The notes below the pieces were generated by a model. The model did not search any database and was not told where the DNA came from. It worked only from the letters and a program-made list of their open reading frames with translations. Position numbers and translations under genes: made by a program. From positions 1,730-65,729 of the forward strand of contig CAZUZL010000003.1 in assembly GCA_964625065.1 (NCBI GenBank): a stretch of 64,000 bases of DNA, read 5' to 3'. The stretch is from an uncultured Candidatus Saccharibacteria bacterium. Lineage in GTDB: Bacteria; Patescibacteriota; Minisyncoccia; Phycocordibacterales; UBA9973. Positions 1-9,823 of this stretch are shown one piece after another; within the stretch, counting starts at the first letter, position 1, and the number at the start of each line of letters is the position of its first letter.

Positions 1-655
1 TCTGGCAGACTGGGTTACAGAACACTACCCAGCACTAGTTGGTGTGGGCGAACATATGGAATGGACCGACCAAAAAACCAATGAAGTGGTTAAAATACCA
101 CGCCCAGGTATAGTGCACCGATTAGACAAAGAAACTTCTGGTGTAATGATACTGGCTAAAAACGACAGAAGTTTTGGCTACCTTAAAAAACAATTTTTAG
201 AACATAAAATACAGAAAACTTACCGTGCATTTTTATATGGACATGTAACAAAAGATATGGGTACTATCGACGCACCGATAGGGCGTAACAGTGGCGACAT
301 ACGTAAATGGGTAGCCGGACGTGGTGGGCATACTGCTATACGCGAAGCTAATACCCAATACCGTGTTATAAACCGCGGTAAGGACAGTTCCGGGGAAAAG
401 GTTACATATGTAGAAGCCTACCCCATGACAGGCCGTACGCACCAACTACGGGCACATTTTGTGTATATAAACCACCCTATAGTTGCAGATTATTTATATG
501 CTGGCCAAAAGCCTAAATTACTTGGTTTTGAACGTGTTGCCCTACACAGTATGAAGTTAAAAATATCTATTTCCCCTGGAAATGTGCATGTTTTTGAAGC
601 CCCATTACCTGCAGATTTTATTAGTGCTGAAGCTGGGGTGCAAATAGACGCATAA
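1..655 (+). CDS. RluA-family pseudouridine synthase, 5'-truncated by the window edge
   Basis: The frame is open from base 2. The HRLDKETSGVMILAKND motif is typical of the RluA/RluD catalytic core. Stop at 653-655. Confidence 0.8.
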   Translation, partial: LADWVTEHYPALVGVGEHMEWTDQKTNEVVKIPRPGIVHRLDKETSGVMILAKNDRSFGYLKKQFLEHKIQKTYRAFLYGHVTKDMGTIDAPIGRNSGDIRKWVAGRGGHTAIREANTQYRVINRGKDSSGEKVTYVEAYPMTGRTHQLRAHFVYINHPIVADYLYAGQKPKLLGFERVALHSMKLKISISPGNVHVFEAPLPADFISAEAGVQIDA

Positions 656-656
656 A

Positions 657-702
657 CCCCCTCCGCCCTGTCGGGCACCTCCCCCTTATCAAGGGGAGGA
701 AA
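657..702. repeat. GC-rich palindromic mini-element, family A copy 1 (ACCCC..CTCCG..CACCTCCCCCTTATCAAGGGGAGGA)
   Basis: Lies directly after the stop codon. It has a 7-bp CCTCCCC/GGGGAGG stem with a CTTATCAA loop. A near-identical copy is at 45091-45134. Confidence 0.6.
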
Positions 703-764
703 CTTAAAAAATACTAATTATTTCCAACTTGCGATACTTGGCTAAATATGCTAGAGTATCGGCT

Positions 765-1187
765 ATGAACGCAACAATCAAATCTCCGGTAAATATCGAC
801 GAACGCAAAGCTTTGGACTTCAAAGCTGGCGACACTATTCGCGTATGGAGTAAAATTATCGAAAAAGGTAAGACTCGTCTACAGGCTTTTGAAGGCTTGG
901 TACTTGCCCGCAAACACGGCAAAGACGCAGGTGCAACATACACTGTTCGCAAAGTATCAAACGGTGTTGGTGTAGAACGTATTTTTCCACTTTATTCTCC
1001 AGCAGTAGATTCAGTAGAAATATTGAAGCGTGCTAAAACTCGTCGTGCTAAACTTTACTTCATCCGCGACAAAGCTGTTAAAGAAGTTGCAAAACGCCTT
1101 CGCGCAGTTGTTACATCAGCTAAAAAAGGTATAGTTGTTTCAGCCACAGAAGAAGCAGAAGCAATAATCGAAGCTGTTACAGAATAA
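765..1187 (+). CDS. rplS: 50S ribosomal protein L19 with a Lys/Ala-rich C-terminal extension
   Basis: [31 protein letters not shown]...[21 protein letters not shown] is the L19 signature. ATG at 765; the track's 729 start is an upstream TTG. Confidence 0.85.
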   Translation: MNATIKSPVNIDERKALDFKAGDTIRVWSKIIEKGKTRLQAFEGLVLARKHGKDAGATYTVRKVSNGVGVERIFPLYSPAVDSVEILKRAKTRRAKLYFIRDKAVKEVAKRLRAVVTSAKKGIVVSATEEAEAIIEAVTE

Positions 1188-1271
1188 TTTTAAGAAACTT
1201 TATAAAAATACTTACACATGTAAGTATTTTTATTTGTCTAATTTTAAAATTTTTATGCTAAACTATATATT

Positions 1272-2531
1272 ATGAAAAACGAAGTTGAAGAATATTGGGA
1301 AACTCTTGGTCCTGGACTAACTACCGGTGCATCGGACGACGACCCGTCTGGTATAGCCACATATTCGCAAGCAGGGGCAACATATGGTTTTTCTTTGTTG
1401 TGGATGTCTTTGTTTACATTCCCACTTATGGCAGTAGTTCAGGAAATGTGCGCACGTATTGGTTTGGCAACTGGCCAGGGCCTGGCTGCAAATATACGCA
1501 CGCATTACCCTAAGAAGATTTTATACACAGCTACATTTTTACTTCTTGTTGCAAACATTTTTAATATTGGTGCAGACCTGGGTGCAATGGCCAAAGGCGT
1601 ACAGTTGGTTTTACCAAACGTGTCTTTTGCATTACTTGTAATATTGTTTGGGGTAGGGGGTTTGTTATTACAAGTTTTTGTAGACTATAAAACATACGCT
1701 AAATATTTAAAATATTTAGCCCTAGTTTTGTTTTCGTATGTTGCAACAGCTTTGTTTGTACATATGGACTGGGCGATGGTATTAAAAAATACAGTTATAC
1801 CACATATAACATTTTCTAAAGACCAGATATTTTTAATTTGTGGCATATTAGGTACAACAATATCGCCGTATTTATTCTTCTGGCAAACATCTCAGGAAGT
1901 TGAAGAAGAAATACTTTCGTCCGACCCAACACTGCCACGTAAACATAATCTGTCTGATATGGAGGTTAAAAAAATGCGTACCGACGTATGGAGCGGTATG
2001 TTTATATCAAACGTAGTTATGTTTTTTATTATAGCTACAACAGGTGCAACATTGTTTTCACAGGGTATAACCATAACTACTGCTGCAGATGCTGCACAGG
2101 CGCTACGCCCATTGGCTGGTAACTTTGCATTTATATTATTTGCCATCGGTATTTTAGGTACTGGTATGTTGGCTATACCTGTATTAGCTGGGTCTTCTGC
2201 GTATGCAGTTTCAGAATCTATGGGTTGGAAGTTTGGCTTGTACCGTAAACTTAAGGAAGCCTACGCGTTTTATGGTGTTATAGCATTAGCAACTATAGTT
2301 GGTATAGTTTTAAACTTTGTCGGCATAGACCCAATAAAGGCATTGATATATTCTGCAGTACTAAACGGTATTATTGCACCTATAGTTTTGTATTTTATAG
2401 TTAAGCTATCAAGTAACCCAGAAGTTATGGGTAATAGAGCAAATTCGCGCCTTGTTAAAACTATCGGTTGGCTAACTATTTTACTTATGGGTCTAACTGC
2501 TGTGTCTGTTATTGTGTCGTTTTTCTTATAG
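1272..2531 (+). CDS. mntH: NRAMP-family divalent metal (Mn2+/Fe2+) transporter
   Basis: Has the GPGLTTGASDDDPSGIATYSQAGATYGFSLLW Nramp consensus and is a multi-TM protein. Confidence 0.85.
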   Translation: MKNEVEEYWETLGPGLTTGASDDDPSGIATYSQAGATYGFSLLWMSLFTFPLMAVVQEMCARIGLATGQGLAANIRTHYPKKILYTATFLLLVANIFNIGADLGAMAKGVQLVLPNVSFALLVILFGVGGLLLQVFVDYKTYAKYLKYLALVLFSYVATALFVHMDWAMVLKNTVIPHITFSKDQIFLICGILGTTISPYLFFWQTSQEVEEEILSSDPTLPRKHNLSDMEVKKMRTDVWSGMFISNVVMFFIIATTGATLFSQGITITTAADAAQALRPLAGNFAFILFAIGILGTGMLAIPVLAGSSAYAVSESMGWKFGLYRKLKEAYAFYGVIALATIVGIVLNFVGIDPIKALIYSAVLNGIIAPIVLYFIVKLSSNPEVMGNRANSRLVKTIGWLTILLMGLTAVSVIVSFFL

Positions 2532-2554
2532 TTTGTTTGTGGTACAATAGCCAA

Positions 2555-3067
2555 ATGCAATGGTATACAATACAACATGTTTTATGGGCTGCGAGCGTTT
2601 TGTCGTTTGTTGGTCTTTTTATTTCAACTAAACTACTAGTCGACAAAATACGCCACAGATCAACCATGTGTGCCCGTAATGGCAGTGGTTGCGAAAGGGT
2701 TACTAATAGTCCGTATTCTACATTTTTACGCGTGCCACTAGCGCTGTGGGGTAGTTTGTTTTATTTACTTGTTCTAACTGCAAGTGTGTTTAATTTAATT
2801 ATTATTACATACTATGTAACAGCCCAAGGTATAAACATATCTGCTGGCCTAATGACAGTAAACACATGGTTTACCAGTGTTGTGTTTACTTTAATACCGC
2901 TTGGTGCCATTATATCTGTACGTTTGTTATATCTACAAAAGAAAATAGGTGCATGGTGCCGTTGGTGTGTTAGTCAGGAAGTTGTTGCCATATTGTTAAC
3001 TATAGTTTCTTTTAAACTTACTGTCAGTATGGCATCTATTTTAAAAATGCTTATTACTTTTAATTAA
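2555..3067 (+). CDS. Vitamin K epoxide reductase (VKOR)-family membrane protein
   Basis: A Cys pair (CARNGSGC) is followed by SPYSTF and a G..PLALWG loop, and a later CRWC CXXC motif sits in a TM helix. Start chosen after the upstream gene's stop. Confidence 0.55.
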   Translation: MQWYTIQHVLWAASVLSFVGLFISTKLLVDKIRHRSTMCARNGSGCERVTNSPYSTFLRVPLALWGSLFYLLVLTASVFNLIIITYYVTAQGINISAGLMTVNTWFTSVVFTLIPLGAIISVRLLYLQKKIGAWCRWCVSQEVVAILLTIVSFKLTVSMASILKMLITFN

Positions 3068-3633
3068 TGCTATATACAGGCAAGGGTGACAAAGGAACAA
3101 CTAAACTTTTCGACTCACCATCTGGTGTGCGTGTTTCTAAATCAGACATATTGTTCGACGCATTAGGTACCGTAGACGAATTAAATTCTTTTCTAGGTCT
3201 ATGCAAAGTGAAGAGCCAGTTTGCAGTTATTAGTGAACAGTTTATAGATTTAGTTTCAATAATACATAACGTACAGAATAATTTATTTATTATTCAGGCC
3301 CAATTGGCTGGTGCAGGCAAAAGCATCGAACAAAAAAGTATAGAAGAAATAGAAAAAATTATTAATGATATAGAAACTTCTCTACCACCCATTACTACAT
3401 TCTTTGTTTCTGGGGGTACAGAATTAGCAGCACTTTTCGACACTGCCCGGGCAATATCACGACGTGCAGAACGCGTAGTTATAAAAGTTTCTGAACAAAA
3501 TAGTACTGAAATAAGTAGAACAATACAACCAGAAACATTGCAGTACTTAAACCGGCTTTCTAGTCTACTGTACGCCTGCGCACGGTATGCAAACCATGTG
3601 TCTGGGGTAGGCGACAATGCCCCCACATACTAG
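3067..3633 (+). CDS. ATP:cob(I)alamin adenosyltransferase, PduO-type
   Basis: N-terminus reads MLYTGKGDKGTTKLFDSPSGVRVSKSDILFDALGTVDELNSFLG. Confidence 0.8.
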   Translation: MLYTGKGDKGTTKLFDSPSGVRVSKSDILFDALGTVDELNSFLGLCKVKSQFAVISEQFIDLVSIIHNVQNNLFIIQAQLAGAGKSIEQKSIEEIEKIINDIETSLPPITTFFVSGGTELAALFDTARAISRRAERVVIKVSEQNSTEISRTIQPETLQYLNRLSSLLYACARYANHVSGVGDNAPTY

Positions 3634-3786
3634 ACTTGACTAGACATATAAAAGGTATATGATTTAAATAGATTCATTTTAAGGTTTTGGTTACCTTTTC
3701 GGTGAGCGAAATTTTAGGAGGATAAATTAAAGATCATAATACTCTACTACAGCCAGGTCTCAGTACCTGGTTGTTTTGTTTTACTG

Positions 3787-4395
3787 TTGTGGTATATTTC
3801 GTGTATGAACCATTTCCAAAACATACTTAATTTTCAGAAATTACTTAAGAAATTTAACTTAATATACCGTGACTTGTCTTCTATACATAAACATTCAGAA
3901 CCCGATAATGATGTAGAACATTCTTTTCGTGTTGCCATGCTTTGTTGGATGGTTATCGAGGAATACAAATTAAAATACGATGTTAACAAGGTTATTCAGT
4001 ATGCTTTAGTTCATGACATGGTAGAAATATACGCAGGGGACAAGTCTATATATTCTAAATATAAACAGTCTGACAAAGAAGCAAAAGAACATAAGTCTTT
4101 AATGCGTCTTAAAAAAGAATTTCCTAACCTAAAATCTATATGGAAACTAATAGAAACTTATGAAAAAAGGAATGATGATGAAGCAAAATTTGTTTACGTT
4201 ATAGAAAAACTCGAACCAGTGTTTTCTATAATTTTATCTGAACAAGATCATTGGAAAAAGAGAAACGTATCGATAGATATGTTTGTAGATTTAAAACAAA
4301 GAAAAATAAAAAATATAGATACATTTGCACAAGTATTTAACGACGGATTAGTTACATACTTGAAAAAGAATAAAAAGAAATTTTTTAAATCTTAA
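3787..4395 (+). CDS. HD-domain phosphohydrolase, YfbR-like 5'-deoxynucleotidase
   Basis: EHSFRVAMLCWMV...YALVHDMVEIYAGD matches the H..HD..D metal-binding pattern. Very AT-rich. Confidence 0.7.
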   Translation: MWYISCMNHFQNILNFQKLLKKFNLIYRDLSSIHKHSEPDNDVEHSFRVAMLCWMVIEEYKLKYDVNKVIQYALVHDMVEIYAGDKSIYSKYKQSDKEAKEHKSLMRLKKEFPNLKSIWKLIETYEKRNDDEAKFVYVIEKLEPVFSIILSEQDHWKKRNVSIDMFVDLKQRKIKNIDTFAQVFNDGLVTYLKKNKKKFFKS

Positions 4396-4398
4396 ATA

Positions 4399-4428
4399 TA
4401 AAACAACCAGTTTTTACGGGTTGTTTTA
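4399..4428. terminator. Hairpin between convergent genes
   Basis: AAACAACC / GGTTGTTT inverted repeat followed by a T-run. Confidence 0.45.
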
Positions 4429-5322
4429 TATTTTTTGTAATTTATTTAAAAAAGTATTTATAACATCTTTGTTTGGATCTATCCATATACCCAATTCTCG
4501 AGATTTTTTGTAGGGTGTTTCAATCTCAATTTCTGTCGAGCATCTTTTAGAGGGGTACCATGTTCCACAATAAATTGTGCTATCAATAAAAGCAATGTTT
4601 GTGTGTAAGCGATCAGGTTTTTTATCTGAAAAGGTTACTTCTACGTTACCAAAGGAACCGAAATTATTTTCTTTGTATTTCGGAGATAGAATAAATTTTA
4701 TAGGTATTTTTGTAGAAATATCTCGGAAATCACCCATAATTTTGCATTCTTTGCTGCATGATTTAAAGTAACAAATAATAGAATTTGCTTCATGCATATG
4801 TGATTTCCACATCTCGTTAATTGTATCAATCTTAGTTTTTGGGTCGCGGATCACGATGCCTAATTTCAGTAGTTCAACAGATTCATTTTTTGATATAAAT
4901 TCTTTAGACAACATCATTGCGATATTGCTGTTTTGTATTTTAACCATAGTGTCGTAAGGATTTTGTTGGTTAAACTTTTCTTGAAGGGACGTTGTAAATA
5001 TATAAACAAATAAATTATCGATGATTATATATTTTGAATGTAAACGGTATTCAGATATCATTTTGTACTTAGTAAATAATGTCTTTTTCGGTAAAACAAT
5101 TTCACCCTCAGTATATTTCTTCTCGTCAAAGATAATAGTTAGAGGTATTTTCTCGTCCACTTTATTTTCGATAGAAGTAATAATGTCAATATCAGACAAA
5201 CCTGATAATTCGCAATATATACTGGATTTTGCAGAATTTATTGCATCTAAAATATCCTGCTTAATTTCTTTGTATTGCAAGATGGCAACAGATTTTATAT
5301 GAGGATATTTTTCCATAATCAT
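4426..5322 (-). CDS. Phospholipase D-family (HKD) nuclease or phosphodiesterase-like protein
   Basis: HSKYIIIDN is a canonical HxK(x4)D motif. A second, degenerate motif is LHTNIAFIDSTIYCGTW. AT-rich. Confidence 0.65.
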   Translation of the reverse strand: MIMEKYPHIKSVAILQYKEIKQDILDAINSAKSSIYCELSGLSDIDIITSIENKVDEKIPLTIIFDEKKYTEGEIVLPKKTLFTKYKMISEYRLHSKYIIIDNLFVYIFTTSLQEKFNQQNPYDTMVKIQNSNIAMMLSKEFISKNESVELLKLGIVIRDPKTKIDTINEMWKSHMHEANSIICYFKSCSKECKIMGDFRDISTKIPIKFILSPKYKENNFGSFGNVEVTFSDKKPDRLHTNIAFIDSTIYCGTWYPSKRCSTEIEIETPYKKSRELGIWIDPNKDVINTFLNKLQKI

Positions 5323-5490
5323 TATATATTTTTTACTAATAGGGATATAGACGGGGATAATTAGAAATTTCTTGGGGTCCCGGATATTTCCTTCGTCAGT
5401 TAAGTCGGGAATTGGTCACAAATAAATTTTCAGGAGAAAATTTTTCGCGACCCCGACTCGCCGACCCGAAGGGTGCCCCGGCTCCGTCTT

Positions 5491-5520
5491 TCAATATCCC
5501 GATAGGCACACCAAAAATAT
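5491..5520 (+). repeat. Inverted partial copy of the tRNA-His 3' end
   Basis: TTCAATATCCCGATAGGCACACCAAAAAT versus the tRNA's TTCAATTCCCGATAGGCACCCAAAAAT. The copy is on the opposite strand, 30 bp from the tRNA. Confidence 0.5.
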
Positions 5521-5557
5521 AGTCGTCCAATGTTACACATAGTCCTCGTTATTTTTG

Positions 5558-5630
5558 GGTGCCTATCGGGAATTGAACCCGAATCGAGGGTTCCACAAAC
5601 CCCAGTGTTAACCATTACACCATAGGCACC
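5558..5630 (-). tRNA. tRNA-His (anticodon GTG)
   Basis: Manual fold: an 8-bp acceptor including G-1:C73, a GTGT/ACAC D-stem with a GG loop, a GGGGT/ACCCT anticodon stem with loop TTGTGGA, and a TTCAATT T-loop. CCA is not fully encoded. Confidence 0.85.
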
Positions 5631-5725
5631 ATCGTTCCATCTGAACGGTACTATTAAAGCATATTTTATTGCTTTATTCAAGTTTTCTAATTGGCGATTA
5701 ATTTTTATGTGCTATCATTACTAAT

Positions 5726-6319
5726 ATGGAAAATTGGCTTGTGGAATTTGGTGCAAATCATGCATATATAGTATACGTCGTTATTGCTTTTGTTGGTATT
5801 GCTGAAGGCCCTGTTTTATCAGTGTTAATGGGTGTTTTGCTACGCCTGGGGCATTTTAGTTTTTTGCCAGTCTACATTGCGCTAATGTCAGGCGACCTAA
5901 TAGGTGACACTGTTTTGTACATGCTGGGCTACTACTATGGCCACAACCTAATCAAAAAATTCAAAAGGTGGTTTAATATTTCAGAACAAGGTTTAAGCAA
6001 AATAGAAACTTCGTTTCATAAACATAAACACAAAATACTTATTTTTTCTAAACTTACAAACGGTATGGGTTTAGGTATGGTTGTGTTGGCCACAGCGGGT
6101 ATTGTACGCATACCATATGCGCGGTTTATAGTTATTAATTTTTTTGGTCAGTTGGTTTGGTCTGGGTTATTGCTGTCTATTGGCTATTTCTTTGGGCATG
6201 TTTACAGTCAAGTTTCTTCGGTGTTGTCTAAAATGCTGTTATTAAGTTTGTTTGCAATTATATTTTATATTGCTTATTACTATACTAAAAAAATGCGTAG
6301 TACTGTTATTTCTGAATAG
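5726..6319 (+). CDS. DedA-family membrane protein
   Basis: Multi-TM protein with the DedA / SNARE-associated core pattern. Confidence 0.75.
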   Translation: MENWLVEFGANHAYIVYVVIAFVGIAEGPVLSVLMGVLLRLGHFSFLPVYIALMSGDLIGDTVLYMLGYYYGHNLIKKFKRWFNISEQGLSKIETSFHKHKHKILIFSKLTNGMGLGMVVLATAGIVRIPYARFIVINFFGQLVWSGLLLSIGYFFGHVYSQVSSVLSKMLLLSLFAIIFYIAYYYTKKMRSTVISE

Positions 6320-6356
6320 TAAAACATAGGTTTAGCAAACGTGTTATACTGTATTT

Positions 6357-7166
6357 ATGAATAATGAAAAAACACCTATATTTAAGCCTGAAGAGAAAAA
6401 ACAACTATTAACCCAACTACTTGTTAGTTTTGGTATATTGTTGGTTGCAGTTGGTATAGGGTTTTTGGGTAATAAATTTGAAAACAAAACAAATAACAAC
6501 GAAAATACAAATGTAGACACAAGTCAAAACACCGCAGACGAACTAGGTATTATAAAAATAGAAGACAAAACCGCACCTTATTTAGACATAACAGCCGAAT
6601 ACCCAACAACTGGTGTTGGTTCTGCAAATGTAAAACAAAGTGTACTAGACATAATACAAGCTTTTAAAACAGAAAACGACTTTTCAAAATATACACCAAC
6701 TGAACTAGAAAACATTGGACTTACAGCTGACAGACAATACCAACTTGTAATAAAATATGTAAACACAGCAGGTAAAAATACAGTTACACACCGTATAGAT
6801 TCGTACGCATTTACAGGTGGGGCACATGGTGGCAACTTTGTTGAAACATATACATTTACACCCGACGAAAAAATACTAGCCGTAACAGATTTGTTTACAG
6901 ATTCTACAAAAGGCTTAGACTTAGTTTCTAAAAAAACAGTCGACTACATAAAAAACAACCCAGACTATACAGATGGGCTACCTACAGCATGGTTCGACGA
7001 AGGTGTTGCACCAACTGTTGAAAACTACGCTGCATTTGAATTAACCAAAGACACATTAGTTATAATATTCCAGCAATACCAAGCACTGCCATATGTATAT
7101 GGTAATATAGAAATTCCAATTCCACTGACAGAATTAACCACAGTATTAAAACCAGAGTTTAAATAG
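6357..7166 (+). CDS. Membrane-anchored DUF4163/DUF3298-family protein (RsiV/PdaC-like)
   Basis: N-terminal TM helix and the YAFTGGAHGGNF motif characteristic of DUF3298. Confidence 0.55.
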   Translation: MNNEKTPIFKPEEKKQLLTQLLVSFGILLVAVGIGFLGNKFENKTNNNENTNVDTSQNTADELGIIKIEDKTAPYLDITAEYPTTGVGSANVKQSVLDIIQAFKTENDFSKYTPTELENIGLTADRQYQLVIKYVNTAGKNTVTHRIDSYAFTGGAHGGNFVETYTFTPDEKILAVTDLFTDSTKGLDLVSKKTVDYIKNNPDYTDGLPTAWFDEGVAPTVENYAAFELTKDTLVIIFQQYQALPYVYGNIEIPIPLTELTTVLKPEFK

Positions 7167-7210
7167 TTACTACCCCTGTTCGCTTTTTACTAGTCACTTA
7201 TTACTATATT

Positions 7211-8890
7211 ATGACCCAAGACCAAGCTTTAAAAATAATGAAAACCGGGGTAAATGTTTACCTTACTGGTAGCGCTGGGTCTGGTAAAACATATTTATTA
7301 AACAGATACATTGCATATTTAAAGGAACACGACGTACCAGTTGCCGTTACAGCGTCGACCGGTATTGCCGCTACGCACATGTCTGGTATGACTATACACG
7401 GTTGGGCGGGTATAGGTGTGCGCGAAAAACTGGACCCGTACGACATGGAACAGTTAGAAGAAAAACAATATTTATGGAAACGTTTTGAACAAGCGCGCGT
7501 TTTGATTATAGACGAAGTTTCTATGCTGCATGCGCACCGTTTGGATATGGTAGACAAAGTTTGCCGTAAATTTAAACGTGTAGACAAACCTTTTGGTGGT
7601 TTACAGGTTATATTGTGTGGCGACTTTTTCCAACTTCCACCAGTAACAAAAGGTGGCGACATTAGTGCGCGCGACATGGTTATACATTCTAACGTCTGGA
7701 AAAACATGGGTCTGGCCATTTGTTATATAGACGAACAACACCGCCAGGAAGACGAACAGTTTACACTGTTACTAAATGCAATACGTGACAACACTATCGA
7801 CGAAGGCCACATGGACATGTTGCAACAACGTTACCAGGCAACATTGGGCGACGATGTTCGACCAACAAAACTATATACACATAATAAAAACGTAGACGCA
7901 GAAAACAACAATGAACTTGAAGCCTTAACCACAGGGTCACATGTGTATAGAATGTCTACAACAGGCAAAGACACAATAGTAGATATTTTGAAAAAAAGTT
8001 GCCTTGCTCAAGAAACTTTAATTATAAAAGAAGGTGCTGAAGTAATGTTTATTAAAAACAATTTCGAAGAAGGTTATGTAAACGGCACACGTGGGTGGGT
8101 AAGTGGTTTTACTGAAACCGGTATGCCGATAGTTACAACTTATACTTCTAAGAAAGAAATAATGGTTAGTCCAGCAACATGGGCAATAGAAGAAGACAAT
8201 AAAGTTAAAGCCTCATTGGCACAGTTACCACTACGTTTAGCGTGGGCTATAACTATACATAAAAGCCAGGGTATGTCGTTAGACCATGCAGAAATAGACT
8301 TAACTAATACATTTACATACGGTATGGGTTATGTAGCCCTGTCACGTGTGCGTACATTGGCTGGTATACGGCTAATTGGTTTTAACCCTAATGCATTGGC
8401 TGTAGACCCCGAAGTTTTGTTGTACGACAAATACCTACGTACTGAAAGTAATAAAAACGAACTGCTATTTGCCGACCTTACACCGCAGGCACAAACAGAA
8501 ATGGAACAAACTTTTATTGTACAGATGGGGGGTAGTATAGATGTAACTAAAACAGTAGACGCAAGTGGTAAAGCTAAAAAAATACCGACACTGTTAAAAA
8601 CATTAGAACTTGTTCAAGATGGTAAAACCATAAAACAAATTGCCGACACACGTAACCTAACCACCGGTACTGTTATTAGCCATATAGAACAAATAGTAGA
8701 CCAATACCCAGATGTAAAAATAGACCACATGAAACCCGACGAAAAACATATTCGTTTAATTTCAGAAATCCAAGAAAAACTAAAACCAGCAGATAAAAAC
8801 AAACTAACCCCAATAAAAATAACATTGGAAAAGTCCGGCCATAAACTAAGTTTCGAAGACATCCGCCTGGCACTATTGTTTTGTAAGTAA
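7211..8890 (+). CDS. Pif1/RecD-like ATP-dependent DNA helicase with a C-terminal HTH domain
   Basis: Walker A GSAGSGKT, DEVSML, and the Pif1 signature GDFFQLPPV. The C-terminal segment ...TGTVISHIEQ is HTH-like. Confidence 0.8.
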   Translation: MTQDQALKIMKTGVNVYLTGSAGSGKTYLLNRYIAYLKEHDVPVAVTASTGIAATHMSGMTIHGWAGIGVREKLDPYDMEQLEEKQYLWKRFEQARVLIIDEVSMLHAHRLDMVDKVCRKFKRVDKPFGGLQVILCGDFFQLPPVTKGGDISARDMVIHSNVWKNMGLAICYIDEQHRQEDEQFTLLLNAIRDNTIDEGHMDMLQQRYQATLGDDVRPTKLYTHNKNVDAENNNELEALTTGSHVYRMSTTGKDTIVDILKKSCLAQETLIIKEGAEVMFIKNNFEEGYVNGTRGWVSGFTETGMPIVTTYTSKKEIMVSPATWAIEEDNKVKASLAQLPLRLAWAITIHKSQGMSLDHAEIDLTNTFTYGMGYVALSRVRTLAGIRLIGFNPNALAVDPEVLLYDKYLRTESNKNELLFADLTPQAQTEMEQTFIVQMGGSIDVTKTVDASGKAKKIPTLLKTLELVQDGKTIKQIADTRNLTTGTVISHIEQIVDQYPDVKIDHMKPDEKHIRLISEIQEKLKPADKNKLTPIKITLEKSGHKLSFEDIRLALLFCK

Positions 8891-8973
8891 CTTTATATGT
8901 TATAATATCAAGACGGGGTATATACCGTCGACAGACCCTATATTACTTGATTAAATAAAAGAAATTCACATAT

Positions 8974-9756
8974 ATGCAATCTAAGAAAATTATATCTGGA
9001 ATACTAATGGCAGGTATGTTAGTACCTATGTTGGCCTTTGCTGAAAGCGAAAACAACGGAACACAAACACCAGAACCAACACTAACTAGTGTTACAACAA
9101 CAGCACCTGTAAAACTACGTGGTTTCTGTGCAGACATAACTAAAATCGGTGCAAAAACTGAACAAAAGTTTGCCGAATCAGAAAACAAAAGACTAGACAA
9201 CAAAGACCTTCAAGAAAAGAAAAAAGTTGAACGTCAAAACGTAGTTGACCAAAAACGTATGGAAAACCGTACTAATTCAGATCAGAAACGTGAAGACAAA
9301 AACGGTCAAATGATGGGCAAAGTTTTAACTGATGCACAAAAAACAGCGTTAGCAACATATAAAACAACATTAGACACAGCTGTAGCAACACGCCGCAGTG
9401 CAATAGATGCTGCAGTAAAAGCTTTCCGCGATGCAACTGTAACTGCTATAGCAACACGCCAAACACAAGTAGACGCATTAACTGCAACATACAAAACAGC
9501 AGTAACTGCTGCTGCAGAAAAAGCTAAAACAGACTGTGCTAGTGGTACATCTAGTAAAGATGCGCAATTAACATACAAAACAGCTGTAAAAACTGCTAAA
9601 ACAGCATTAGAAACAGCACGCAAAGCACTTGTAGCTGACACTTCTATAACTGCTGCAAAAACAGTTCGCGACACTGCTGTAAAGGCCGCTGAAGATGCAT
9701 TTAAAACTACAATGGAAGCCGCAAAAGCTACATTAAAAACAGCTTTGCAACAATAA
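8974..9756 (+). CDS. Secreted Ala/Thr/Lys-rich low-complexity protein
   Basis: Signal peptide MQSKKIISGILMAGMLVPMLAFA followed by repetitive TAVTAAAEKAKT-type coiled-coil-like repeats. Confidence 0.5.
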   Translation: MQSKKIISGILMAGMLVPMLAFAESENNGTQTPEPTLTSVTTTAPVKLRGFCADITKIGAKTEQKFAESENKRLDNKDLQEKKKVERQNVVDQKRMENRTNSDQKREDKNGQMMGKVLTDAQKTALATYKTTLDTAVATRRSAIDAAVKAFRDATVTAIATRQTQVDALTATYKTAVTAAAEKAKTDCASGTSSKDAQLTYKTAVKTAKTALETARKALVADTSITAAKTVRDTAVKAAEDAFKTTMEAAKATLKTALQQ

Positions 9757-9770
9757 AATATTTATTTTAT

Positions 9771-9806
9771 AAAAAACAAAACACCATACAAGGTGTTTTG
9801 TTTTTT
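9771..9806 (+). terminator. Rho-independent terminator
   Basis: AAAAAACAAAACACC-ATACA-AGGTGTTTTGTTTTTT. Confidence 0.75.
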
Positions 9807-9823
9807 ATGTTATAATGGTTTTT

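Noticed and set aside
5430-5681. 83-aa minus-strand ORF
   Set aside because: It spans the tRNA-His gene and its inverted 3' copy. Its translation is dominated by the GC-rich element; not coding.
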